A stretch of DNA of 64,000 nt from Chloroflexota bacterium. GTDB taxonomy: Bacteria; Chloroflexota; Dehalococcoidia; CAUJGQ01. A program made the translations under genes and the position numbers. Below are positions 37,399 through 46,684 of the stretch, piece by piece. Position 1 is the first letter of the stretch. Every line of letters begins with the position of its first letter. Where the stretch lies: contig DAINSK010000013.1 of assembly GCA_036741355.1 (NCBI GenBank), positions 2,349-66,348 on the forward strand. The letters are read 5' to 3'. The notes under the pieces were generated by a model. It was given only the letters and a program-made list of their open reading frames with translations. It was not told the origin of the DNA and did no database searches.

Positions 37399-38055
37399 AT
37401 GCCGGAGCCCTGCCCGCGCTGCGGCGCGGAGCATGAAGGAGACTGTCCCCCGGCGACGGCGGATGAAGCCGCTTCCGCTTCCTCAAACGAAGCCTGTGCG
37501 TTTTGCGGCGAGGTCCACCCTCGTCACATGAGTTGTGGCCAGTGGGCCGTGACCAGCGGCGGAGTGACGGCCGCGCCCTGGGGCAGCACCGGTTCGCCGG
37601 CGCTGCCCCCGCGACCGACGATGCCATTCAACCTGGACGACCCGAGCAAGCGGATAAAGCGACCGCCCGCCGCGGCCATCCGGGTTGTCGTCCTCTGTCT
37701 CGCCCTCGTCGGGGTGATCTCGTTGGCGCGGATCGTCGGCGGTCACTTCATCGGTAATCAGAGCGGTTCAGTCGCGGCGCTGCCGGCCTGTACCCACGAC
37801 CGGATTCGGCAAAATCTCGTTACCGCAACCAGCATCGAGGCCCAAAGTACTTCGGCGCTGGACCGACGGATCGATGCCACGAACAGCCTCCTGCTGAGCT
37901 CGAGCGACGGCTGCTCCGAGCAGGTTCTGAAACTGTATACCGCGTTCATCGAATACCAGGCGCTCTGCCTGGTGTCACCCGCAACGGACGCCTGCAAAAA
38001 CCGCGACAGCGCTCACGCCTCGATAAATCAAGTTGTGAACGATCCACAGTTTTGA
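37399..38055 (+). CDS. Single-pass membrane protein with two N-terminal CxxC-x3-H-C motifs
   Basis: CPRCGAEHEGDC, CAFCGEVHPRHMSC, one TM segment and a Cys-rich C-terminus. Confidence 0.6.
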   Translation: MPEPCPRCGAEHEGDCPPATADEAASASSNEACAFCGEVHPRHMSCGQWAVTSGGVTAAPWGSTGSPALPPRPTMPFNLDDPSKRIKRPPAAAIRVVVLCLALVGVISLARIVGGHFIGNQSGSVAALPACTHDRIRQNLVTATSIEAQSTSALDRRIDATNSLLLSSSDGCSEQVLKLYTAFIEYQALCLVSPATDACKNRDSAHASINQVVNDPQF

Positions 38056-38180
38056 CGAATGGCTGTAGTCCGGCGGTTCCTGCCAGCCGTGCCAGAATCG
38101 CCCCTGTTGATTTACAAGATCCACCGTTTACCGATTTGAGCGGCCCGCTGGGATATTGGGGTCCAAGCGCGTCCTGCTAG

Positions 38181-38522
38181 TCAGAGCCTGACTGCCACGA
38201 TGCAGTCCGAGACGTACTCGTAGAAGGTTATCGCCTCCGGGTTGCTAAAGGCGCGGCGCTCGAATATAGCCTCCGGTGAATCGGTCCCCATACCTTTCAG
38301 CGTCACGCCCAACTGCGGGAAGGCGCGCCGGTTATTGCCCGCGAACGGGCCAGACGAGAGAAAGTCCGGCTGACGGCGCAATAGCTCCATAAATGCCTGC
38401 AGGCTCTTTTCCACCGACTCCACGTTGCGATCGTCGAGGTACCCTTCGCGCGCCGCTTCGACCAGCCCGCGAAGGTCCGGGTCCTGTATCTGGCTTGGCT
38501 TGGCCACGGTTGTAATCCCCAA
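38181..38522 (-). CDS. Hypothetical protein (start may be GTG 38507)
   Basis: Host-like codon usage; directly follows the MDR gene; no family recognised. Confidence 0.6.
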   Translation of the reverse strand: MGITTVAKPSQIQDPDLRGLVEAAREGYLDDRNVESVEKSLQAFMELLRRQPDFLSSGPFAGNNRRAFPQLGVTLKGMGTDSPEAIFERRAFSNPEAITFYEYVSDCIVAVRL

Positions 38523-38529
38523 TTCTGCG

Positions 38530-39489
38530 CTACGGGATCAACAGCACTTTGCCCATATTGCCGCGGGATGCCACGTAGCGGTGCGCCTCCGCCGCGTCTC
38601 GCAGCGGAAAGCTGCGGTCGAGCACGGCCTCGATTGTGCCGGCCGCGACCATGTCCAACAGTTCGGCCAGTGCCTTGGGAACTCCGTGTTCCGCGCCCAG
38701 GTAGAACCCGAACAGGCTGATGCGCTTGCCCAATAGCTGCGCCAGGTCCGTTGGCGCCGGTGAGCGGGAGCTGTTGCCAACGCTCACCAGCCGGCCGAAC
38801 TGCGCCAGGGCCGTCACGCTCCGCATCAGTACGTCGCCGCCGACCGATTCGAGTACGACGTCCACGCCACGGCCGTCCGTTTCCCGCTGCACTACTTCCA
38901 CGAAATCGGTGGTCGTGTAGTTGATCGCCACGTCGGCGCCGAGGCGGCGCCCCAACTCCAGCTTCTTTTCGGTGCTCGCGGTCGTCAATACGCGGGCGCC
39001 CATCGCTTTGGCGATCTGAATGCCGGCGACGCCGACGCCGCTGGCCGCGGCCTGCACTAGGCAGGTCTCTCCTGGCTGCAAAGCTCCCTGGTGTTTGAGC
39101 GCGAACCACGACGTAAGGTACGCGACGGGCAGCGCGGCGGCCTGTTCGAACGAGACGCCAGCGGGGATCTTGACCGTCTGGTGCGCGGGCGCAGCGGCCA
39201 GTTCCGCGTATCCGCCCTGCGGGACGCGCGCCACCACGCGGTCGCCGGGACGGAACCCCGTGACATCCTGGCCGGCGGACGCGACCGTGCCCGCGATATC
39301 CCAGCCAATGATGAACGGCAGCGCCACGGCGGCCGCATAGGTGCCCATCCGCCGTCCCAGGTCGCCGCGGTTGATACCGGCGGCGCGGACGCGGATCAGA
39401 ACCTCGTCGGGGGCCGGCGTCGGGTCGCTTACGTCTTCGTAACGGAGCACCTCTTCGGCGCCAAATTCGTGGACGACGGCTGCTTTCAC
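38530..39489 (-). CDS. MDR-family NADPH:quinone oxidoreductase
   Basis: AAGINRGD, QAAASGVG and GNMGKVLL; AGGAGG RBS. Confidence 0.92.
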   Translation of the reverse strand: MKAAVVHEFGAEEVLRYEDVSDPTPAPDEVLIRVRAAGINRGDLGRRMGTYAAAVALPFIIGWDIAGTVASAGQDVTGFRPGDRVVARVPQGGYAELAAAPAHQTVKIPAGVSFEQAAALPVAYLTSWFALKHQGALQPGETCLVQAAASGVGVAGIQIAKAMGARVLTTASTEKKLELGRRLGADVAINYTTTDFVEVVQRETDGRGVDVVLESVGGDVLMRSVTALAQFGRLVSVGNSSRSPAPTDLAQLLGKRISLFGFYLGAEHGVPKALAELLDMVAAGTIEAVLDRSFPLRDAAEAHRYVASRGNMGKVLLIP

Positions 39490-39685
39490 CTGCTGGCCTC
39501 CTGTTCCGATCTGCCATTGACGGCGGCATCGTACCACGCGCCGCCTGCAGCGTGGCCGCGGGAACGATCCGGAAACGATTAAGCAACGATTCATCCAAAC
39601 ACGAGGTAAATGCTGTACGCTGGCGAGGCGCCAGCACCGCTACGTAGAGCTGCGTCGCAATGAATGACCGAAGAGGATCAGCTGT

Positions 39686-40432
39686 ATGACAACACGACGG
39701 CAGTTTCTTGCCCTGGCAGGCGGCGCAACGGCGAGCGCGATCGCGCCTGGACTGCTCGGACTCCGTGCGCGCACGGCGCATGCCCAGGCGATCCCCGGCG
39801 CTCCTTCGTTCAGAGGAGCAGCAGGTAAGAGTATCCAGGGACCGCTCACGCTTTCGGCGGGCATGGCGGTGTTCCGCGCTCTACACAATGGCACCGCCAA
39901 TTTCGGCGTCACGCTCTTCCTGCCCAACCCCGGCGAGGCGATCCAGCAGAGCTACGACGAGGTCAATTACACCGACTCCTCGCTCGTGTACAACGAAATC
40001 GGCATATACAAGGGCGGCGCCGTCGCGATGGCCGGCACCCCGGGCGACCATTATCTCGGGATAACGGCGAGCGGCGCGTATCAGATGAGCATCGAGCAAC
40101 CCGTACCCGGGAATGTGACAACTGTTCAGCAGACCACCTTTTCCGGGAGAGGCAAGGACATCACGCCGTACTTCATGCTGCCGGACGGGTTGTCGTCACT
40201 CAGCGTCCAGACCTCGAACACCAATTACTTCCGCGGTTGGCTCTACCATATCGACGACCTCGGCGGTGAGCCGTTGCCTGATGGCATCAACGTTTATGAC
40301 GGCCGGTTTTTCGACTTCTCTTTTCCGGGCAACCAGCCGTCCTATCCCGTGTACCTGCCCGACAGCGGGCCCTATCTGCTGTCTACCGACAACATCGGCC
40401 CGACCGATAGCTGGACCTTCACCTTCCAGTAG
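39686..40432 (+). CDS. Tat-exported hypothetical protein
   Basis: TRRQFL twin-arginine signal; two F-x-G-x-G-like beta repeats. Confidence 0.75.
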   Translation: MTTRRQFLALAGGATASAIAPGLLGLRARTAHAQAIPGAPSFRGAAGKSIQGPLTLSAGMAVFRALHNGTANFGVTLFLPNPGEAIQQSYDEVNYTDSSLVYNEIGIYKGGAVAMAGTPGDHYLGITASGAYQMSIEQPVPGNVTTVQQTTFSGRGKDITPYFMLPDGLSSLSVQTSNTNYFRGWLYHIDDLGGEPLPDGINVYDGRFFDFSFPGNQPSYPVYLPDSGPYLLSTDNIGPTDSWTFTFQ

Positions 40433-40449
40433 CCGGGGTCAGCGCTAAA

Positions 40450-40974
40450 GTGGTGACGACCTGCAAAATGAAGAGCGCCATGAAGACACGGGTTATGCGT
40501 TTTATGGGGCGGCTGCTTCAACTGTTCTGGACTAAAGGGGCGAGCACCCCCTTCGTTGTGCGTCTTATCGGGCGGCTGACGGGTCGGCTGCACATCCGCC
40601 TCTATCGCACCACAAAGGGGCGCATCGGTGGGCGGTTCCTCGGTGGCCCCGTGGTCCTGCTCACGGTCACCGGACGGAAGTCGGGGCAGAAGCGGACCAC
40701 GCCCTTGCTCTACCTGCGCGATGGCAACGACATCGTCGTGGTGGCGTCAAGCGGCGGACTCAGGCTGCCCGAATGGTGGCGGAATCTGCAAGCCGATCCC
40801 CTGGCCGAAGTCGAGGTTGGGGATCGACGAGTACAGGTTTGTGCTGAGGAGGCGAGCGCGCAGGAGCGCGAGCGCCTGTGGCCATTACTGAACCGCATGT
40901 ACGCCGGCTACGAAGGGTACCAGCGAAAGGCTGGATGGCAGATCCCGGTGGTCAAGTTGCATCCGCAGGGCTAG
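40450..40974 (+). CDS. Deazaflavin (F420)-dependent nitroreductase family (Ddn-like); start uncertain
   Basis: LLTVTGRKSGQKRTTPL, VASSGG...WWRNL and YQRKAGWQIPVVKL. Confidence 0.9.
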   Translation: MVTTCKMKSAMKTRVMRFMGRLLQLFWTKGASTPFVVRLIGRLTGRLHIRLYRTTKGRIGGRFLGGPVVLLTVTGRKSGQKRTTPLLYLRDGNDIVVVASSGGLRLPEWWRNLQADPLAEVEVGDRRVQVCAEEASAQERERLWPLLNRMYAGYEGYQRKAGWQIPVVKLHPQG

Positions 40975-41329
40975 CGTGTCCTTCTTCGACCCCTGCTAGC
41001 GGTTGGCGTATCGACTTGGGCGCCGGTCACCGGGCTCCCTGTAGCCGGTCCGGCGCCCCAGTCCTTAGCAATGCGTACGGTCGCATCAATGTCTGCCTGT
41101 CACAGGTCGACATCGCCTGGAACGGACAGTCGCACCGCTGATGCAGGACCTGGAGCTTGCCGCATCAGCGGCCGGGCATGGTCGCCTCCCAGGACGGACG
41201 CCGGTGACCGTCGGAACCGCGACCCGTTCGTCCGCCCTTCTTGTGGCGACGCGTCTGTTTCTGCTTCCGCTATTACCGTGGCGTCAGGCTCCTGGCGACG
41301 TACGCCGCGGTTATGCGAGAATGTGCCGC

Positions 41330-43129
41330 ATGCAGGAACATCGAACATCTTTCTTCGATGGGCTCGAAGCGGACCAACTTTCCGAAGTCCTCGACCAGCT
41401 CGAGGAGCGCCGCTTTCCGGCCGGAGCCGTCGTGCTGGCAGAGGGAGACGCTCCCCGCGAGCTGTACATCGTACGCTCCGGTTTCGCCGATATCTATCTG
41501 AGCGACCGCAGCGACGGCGAGCGCCTTATTGGCCGTGTGGGTCCGGGCGCGTCCCTGGGCGAAGTTTCGCTGTTCACGGGCCAGCCGGTATCAGCGACGG
41601 TCCGCGCGGTCGAGGACCTCGACGTCCTGGCGATCAGCGAGCGCGAATTCCACCGCATCGCCGATCGCTTTCCGCGTGTGTACCGCAACCTCGGCACGAT
41701 CCTGTCGGAGCGCCTTGTGCGCTCCGATCAGCGCTCGCGGCAGAGCCGGCCCACGCGCCTAGCCACGCTAATCGACGAGGGGGCGCCGCCGCTGGTCGGC
41801 TACGCGCTCGCCTGCAGCCTTGCGTGGCATCTGCGTGCCCCAGTTGCTCTGCTGGTCGTTACCGACGGCGAACCCCCCGAGGATCTCGCCGCGTTGGCGA
41901 GCCGCAGTGGCGACGGCGTCGTTCCCGCAGGCGATCGCCGCGCCCGTGCCTATCTCGCGATCATCCCACGGTCAGGGATCGAGCCGCACGGCGGAGTCGC
42001 GGGGCTAGTCGATCGCCTCGTCGCCCGCCACGAGCACGTCCTCGTGCAGGTGCCGGCCCGCGGATCGAACGGCGATCTGGGTGGGCGGACGGTATATCTC
42101 TCCGGTGCTGAAGGTACCGGTGACGACCAGTTCGCACGGTCAGGCACCAGGCTGCACGCCTGGAAGGCAGGCACCGGGCCGCGTCCCGAGCGTAGCGGTG
42201 TGCTCTGTGTGCCGAATCTGATTCCGGCCGACGAGAAACGGCTGCAGAACGGGTTGTTGCCGCCTGCGACTGCCGCGGGGCGAGCGCTTGGTTGGCTGGC
42301 GCGCGACCTTGCGGGGCTGAAGGTTGGACTGGCGCTGGGCGCCGGCAGCTTCAAAGGCTACGCCCACATTGGCGTGGTGGACGTGCTCCGGCGCGCCGGT
42401 ATTCCCATCGATTACATCGCCGGCACGAGCATCGGTGGGGCGGTGGCGGCGCTCTACGCGGCCGGTTACGGAACCCAGGCCTCGATCCAGATCCTGGATC
42501 GGATTGGCGCCAGCGCCTTCCGGCCGACGGTGCCGATCAGGAGCCTGATGTCAAGCAACGGACTTCGGGCGAGTGTGAGGAGCATGACTGGTGAACGCCG
42601 CATCGAAGACCTGCCGGTGCCGCTGTCCGTGGTCGCGACGGACATCGCCACGCAACGAGAGGTGGTATTTAAGCGCGGGCTGCTCTGGCCGGCACTGCTG
42701 GCCAGTGTCTCGATCCCGGGTATCTATCCCGCGCAACGGATGGGAAGATACATCCTGGTCGACGGCGGGATCTGCAACCCGGTGCCCAGCAACGTCGCCG
42801 CGGACATGGGCGCCGACGTGGTGATCGCCGTTCGGCTGATCAGCCGGCCTGTTCCGCGGGCGCCCGAGCTGGAAGCGGCACCGGCCACTGGCAAGGTGCC
42901 ATCGGTCTTGCAGGCGATCATGCGTTCGATCGAGGTCATGCAGAGCAAGATTTCGGCCGATACCGCTTCGGCGGCGACAATCGTGATCGAGCCGATGACG
43001 GCGGACGTATCATATGGGTGGGGGCTGCGCAACTTCAGTGAGGGCAAGCGTTACGTCTCCGCCGGCGAAGTTGCAGCCCGCGAGGCACTGCCACGGATTG
43101 CTTCAGCCCTGCCCTGGCTGCGCGGTTGA
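41330..43129 (+). CDS. cNMP-binding domain plus patatin-like phospholipase
   Basis: RFPAGAVVLAEGD...GEVSL in the cNMP domain; GAGSFKG, GTSIG and DGG in the patatin domain. Confidence 0.92.
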   Translation: MQEHRTSFFDGLEADQLSEVLDQLEERRFPAGAVVLAEGDAPRELYIVRSGFADIYLSDRSDGERLIGRVGPGASLGEVSLFTGQPVSATVRAVEDLDVLAISEREFHRIADRFPRVYRNLGTILSERLVRSDQRSRQSRPTRLATLIDEGAPPLVGYALACSLAWHLRAPVALLVVTDGEPPEDLAALASRSGDGVVPAGDRRARAYLAIIPRSGIEPHGGVAGLVDRLVARHEHVLVQVPARGSNGDLGGRTVYLSGAEGTGDDQFARSGTRLHAWKAGTGPRPERSGVLCVPNLIPADEKRLQNGLLPPATAAGRALGWLARDLAGLKVGLALGAGSFKGYAHIGVVDVLRRAGIPIDYIAGTSIGGAVAALYAAGYGTQASIQILDRIGASAFRPTVPIRSLMSSNGLRASVRSMTGERRIEDLPVPLSVVATDIATQREVVFKRGLLWPALLASVSIPGIYPAQRMGRYILVDGGICNPVPSNVAADMGADVVIAVRLISRPVPRAPELEAAPATGKVPSVLQAIMRSIEVMQSKISADTASAATIVIEPMTADVSYGWGLRNFSEGKRYVSAGEVAAREALPRIASALPWLRG

Positions 43130-43417
43130 TAGGTTCGTCGGCCAGAACCCATCGCGACGTTCGGTGGCGAGCAGTATAGCCGTCGCCACCGGCTCGACCG
43201 CCGTGATCGCCCGCCTCGAGCTAGCACGCCGGCCGGCGTATGGGAAGGCGAAGCGGCTGAGCCGCGTGCAATTCTCTCGTTGACAGGCTCGGGCGCAGAA
43301 CCGATGCTGAAGGCGGCGCCGCGGCGCCGGCACTCAGCGTGGCCCCGCGGTGGCTGTGTACCTTCAAGGCACACGCCGACGGCTGCACGGATCGTTGAAA
43401 GTAGCAGGTGCCCCGCC

Positions 43418-45064
43418 ATGATGCCCGGTCCGGTTCGGCCCCGTATCCGCCGGTTTCTGTCTGTAGCGCTCGTAGTCGCTGTCGGTGCCGTCGCCATTTT
43501 CTCACCCGGCGACTCACACCAGGCAGCCGAGCCGGTGGCAGCGCAGACCGCGACGACCGTGCAGGTATACGGTCGCGGGCTGATTAATCCGAAGGAGATG
43601 GCTTTCACCGCCGACGGCACACTGTACATCGCCGAGTCGGGCAAACCCGGCGATGTCACGGTGCCGCTGCCGGTCGGTTTTGGCGGCAAGGGCCCTATCG
43701 GTAGGAACGGCCGCGTATCGCGGGTGCGGCCAGGCGCAGAGCGCGAGGATTTCGTCACCGGCCTGCCCAACATCGGCCTGTACAACGGCGTCGAGATGCT
43801 CGGCGCGACCGGTATCGCGGTGCTTGATGGCCAGCTCTACGAGGTTGCTGCAGGGCACCTGACAGTTTCGCCGGCGCTGTCGCGAGTTTCATCCGATGGC
43901 AGCATGACCGCGGTGGCCGATGTTGGCGAGTTCAATAAGAACGATCCCGCCCCGAAGGAGAACGGCGACGCGGTACTGCACGGCAACCCGTTCGGCATGG
44001 CGGCACTGCAGGGCAACCTCTACATCACCGATGGAAACTACAACCGTATTATCAAAGCTACTCCTGCGGGCAAGCTATCGTTACTGACCCAGTGGATAAG
44101 CGATCTCACAACGACGGGGATTGCGGCGGGACCTGATGGCAATCTGTACGTGGCGCAGTTCGGCCAGGCGCCATACGCGCACGGCTCGGGGCGCATCGAC
44201 CGCGTCACCCCCGCCGGGCAGCTCAATGAGGGCGTGGTGACGAACCTCACCACGCCCATCGGCGTGGCGTTCGCGCCCGATGGAACGATGTACGTGCTGC
44301 AGTATGCGGCCGAATTTTCAGCCGAAAAGCTGCGATATGTCGCCTTCGGCGGCGAGGTGCAACGGGTGAAACCGGACGGTACAACACAGCCAGTCGTTAC
44401 GGGACTGGTCTTCCCGACGGCGCTGATCTTTGGTCCCGACGGCGCACTCTATGTCACGAACTACGGCAATGAGGCGAACGACGGGCAGGGGCAGGTATTG
44501 CGAATCGTGCCGGGTCAGGCGTCCGTCCAGGGCCCAGCGGTGCCCGCACCCGATGAAGGCGCACAGTACGTCAGTGCCCAACCAACACCGCGTTCGGACG
44601 CGGGTGCCGTGACGACCGCGTCTGTGACCATTGTCGAACCGTCGGACCCCCAGCAATGGGGTTATGAGCCCAGGGAAACTACGATCGACGTCGGTCAGGC
44701 GGTGATGATTACCAACAGCGGGCGCACCAGCCACACCGCCTCGGCCAGTTCCGGCGAGTTTGACACCGGACTGATCACCGGCGGCGCCTCCGCTACGATC
44801 CGCTTCGATACGCCCGGCACGTACACCTACTTCTGCCAGCCGCATCCGTGGATGAAGGGGACGATCATCGTCCGCGGTCAAGGGGGAGCCGCCGCCGCCC
44901 CGGTTCAAACGAAAGCCACTCCATCGCTATCATCACCCAGCATCAACCCGTTCTGGGCGGTCGGGTTTGTTGGAATAATAATTGGCCTGGTGTATCTTGC
45001 CGGATTTGCGATCCGCCGGCGCTCGCACGAGCCGCGACCGGAGCCACCGGGTACATCGGGTTAG
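43418..45064 (+). CDS. ScyD/ScyE-type beta-propeller fused to cupredoxin, with C-terminal TM anchor
   Basis: Signal peptide, repeated P.GIA.GPDG.LYV blades, SHT...YFCQPHPWMKG, and a C-terminal TM followed by RRR. Confidence 0.85.
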   Translation: MMPGPVRPRIRRFLSVALVVAVGAVAIFSPGDSHQAAEPVAAQTATTVQVYGRGLINPKEMAFTADGTLYIAESGKPGDVTVPLPVGFGGKGPIGRNGRVSRVRPGAEREDFVTGLPNIGLYNGVEMLGATGIAVLDGQLYEVAAGHLTVSPALSRVSSDGSMTAVADVGEFNKNDPAPKENGDAVLHGNPFGMAALQGNLYITDGNYNRIIKATPAGKLSLLTQWISDLTTTGIAAGPDGNLYVAQFGQAPYAHGSGRIDRVTPAGQLNEGVVTNLTTPIGVAFAPDGTMYVLQYAAEFSAEKLRYVAFGGEVQRVKPDGTTQPVVTGLVFPTALIFGPDGALYVTNYGNEANDGQGQVLRIVPGQASVQGPAVPAPDEGAQYVSAQPTPRSDAGAVTTASVTIVEPSDPQQWGYEPRETTIDVGQAVMITNSGRTSHTASASSGEFDTGLITGGASATIRFDTPGTYTYFCQPHPWMKGTIIVRGQGGAAAAPVQTKATPSLSSPSINPFWAVGFVGIIIGLVYLAGFAIRRRSHEPRPEPPGTSG

Positions 45065-45126
45065 GCCGCGTCTGTCTGAACATACGCTGGTGCATTGAAC
45101 AAGTGACCCGGCCAGGGAGCGCAATC

Positions 45127-46575
45127 ATGACTTCGGAGTCCGCCGCGGAAACACAGACCAATCCTGAAGTCGAAGCGTTCGTCAACAGTCTGATCGAGAA
45201 TGCCGCGCACGCTCGCCTGACTCAGCTCTTTGCAGACGGCCATAGTCGCGCGCTGTACCACGTCGCGGATCGCGACGGCGTCGGCGTGATTGCCTTGCGC
45301 ACGCCGCAACTCACGCACGACGAGTTGGTCACCCTGATGAAGTTCCGGTTGGCGCAATACGTCGCCGTGAATTTTATCGACCCAGAGATGGTCTACGAGG
45401 CACGCATGGAACACGAGCCGCTGACGGGCGTTGCAGATGGTGACGTTCATGTGATCGCTGGGTCCGTAGCGACCGGGGAGATCCTCTGTTACGCCGCAAT
45501 CAAGGCATCCCCGGAGGCACCCGCCGGCACCACCCTGCGCACCCGCGACCGCCCGCTGTTCGCCGTCGAAAAGACGCATGGCTGGGGTATCTATAACCGG
45601 CTGCGCGTGTTGCCCGACCTGCCTCTTGGCAAGCTGCGTGAGCTCGGTCGGTTCGTCAAAAACCAGCGGCTGCACGCGTTCGACGCGCTCGGCCTTCGGG
45701 CGCCGGTGGAGGTGGGTCTGGCCGTCTTCCGCGCTCTCTCCGGTCCGTTGCGCCTGGAAGTAGACGGTCTGATCGGCGACCTGGAAGAGGGAGTCGCCAA
45801 ACGCAATCTCGAGTATTTCCACGTGCCGCTGGTCGTGATCCACGGCACCGTGCCCTACGAACACGAGGAGTCCTATTTTTTTCCGCGCTACCAGTACAAG
45901 ACGGTTTATCCATTCGCCACTCTCTCGCTTGACATCACCAGCGCCATGTTGGCACGGCTCGATGCGATCGAGGCGGGACTAGCCAAGCCTGGCAAGGAGG
46001 GGCTGATGGCGTTGCTGGCGTTGAAGCGCGATGTCCTCAGCCCCGTGAGTACGGCGATGCCACCGGAAGGGCTGGCGCCGCTCACCAACGCCGATCTGCC
46101 CCAGCTCGGCGTGCCGATGCAGGCTCGACGTCAGATGCTGAACCTGGCCGAACGGCTGCGATCGATCAACCTCTTTAGCGGTCTATCTGTAGCCGAGGCG
46201 ACGGTGCTAGGCACGTTCATTGAACGCGAAGCAGTTCCGTCCGGAACGGTCATCGTGCGTGAAGGCGACGTTGGCGACGATCTCTACCTGATAGAAGCGG
46301 GCGAGGCGGAGGCGCACATCAACAGCCGTGGCGGGGTGCCGCTGATTCTGGCGACGTTCGGCCCCGGCGAGTATTTCGGCGAGATCGCGCTGCTCACCGG
46401 CTCCGAGCGCACAGCCGACGTGGTCGCAACGACGCCGATGACCTTGCTGCGGCTGACGAAGGATGCCTACACCCGCTACCTGATGCACGCGATTGAGGTC
46501 GAGCAACAGATTACGCGCACGGCGATGCATAGCAGTCAGCAGAACGCTAAGAAACGGGTCTCGATGGATACGTAA
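45127..46575 (+). CDS. FeeM/LuxI-like (GNAT-fold) acyltransferase fused to a C-terminal cNMP-binding domain
   Basis: N-domain has KFRLAQY...HVIA...LFAVE...LRELGRFV. C-domain has GEYFGEIALLTGSERTADV. The cNMP call is firm; the GNAT call is moderate. Confidence 0.65.
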   Translation: MTSESAAETQTNPEVEAFVNSLIENAAHARLTQLFADGHSRALYHVADRDGVGVIALRTPQLTHDELVTLMKFRLAQYVAVNFIDPEMVYEARMEHEPLTGVADGDVHVIAGSVATGEILCYAAIKASPEAPAGTTLRTRDRPLFAVEKTHGWGIYNRLRVLPDLPLGKLRELGRFVKNQRLHAFDALGLRAPVEVGLAVFRALSGPLRLEVDGLIGDLEEGVAKRNLEYFHVPLVVIHGTVPYEHEESYFFPRYQYKTVYPFATLSLDITSAMLARLDAIEAGLAKPGKEGLMALLALKRDVLSPVSTAMPPEGLAPLTNADLPQLGVPMQARRQMLNLAERLRSINLFSGLSVAEATVLGTFIEREAVPSGTVIVREGDVGDDLYLIEAGEAEAHINSRGGVPLILATFGPGEYFGEIALLTGSERTADVVATTPMTLLRLTKDAYTRYLMHAIEVEQQITRTAMHSSQQNAKKRVSMDT

Positions 46576-46684
46576 GCGTCCGTCGTAAATTCCCTTTGCA
46601 TCGATGCGCGCGCGCTGGACAGGGCAGACGCTGTGGCAATGACGGAGGTCAATTACGAGCGCGTTTTATGCATGGCTGGCACGT

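Noticed and set aside
41330-46575. CBASS/Pycsar anti-phage system (patatin plus cNMP domains)
   Set aside because: No CD-NTase or nucleotide cyclase in the window; the context is biosynthetic and the patatin is NTE-like.
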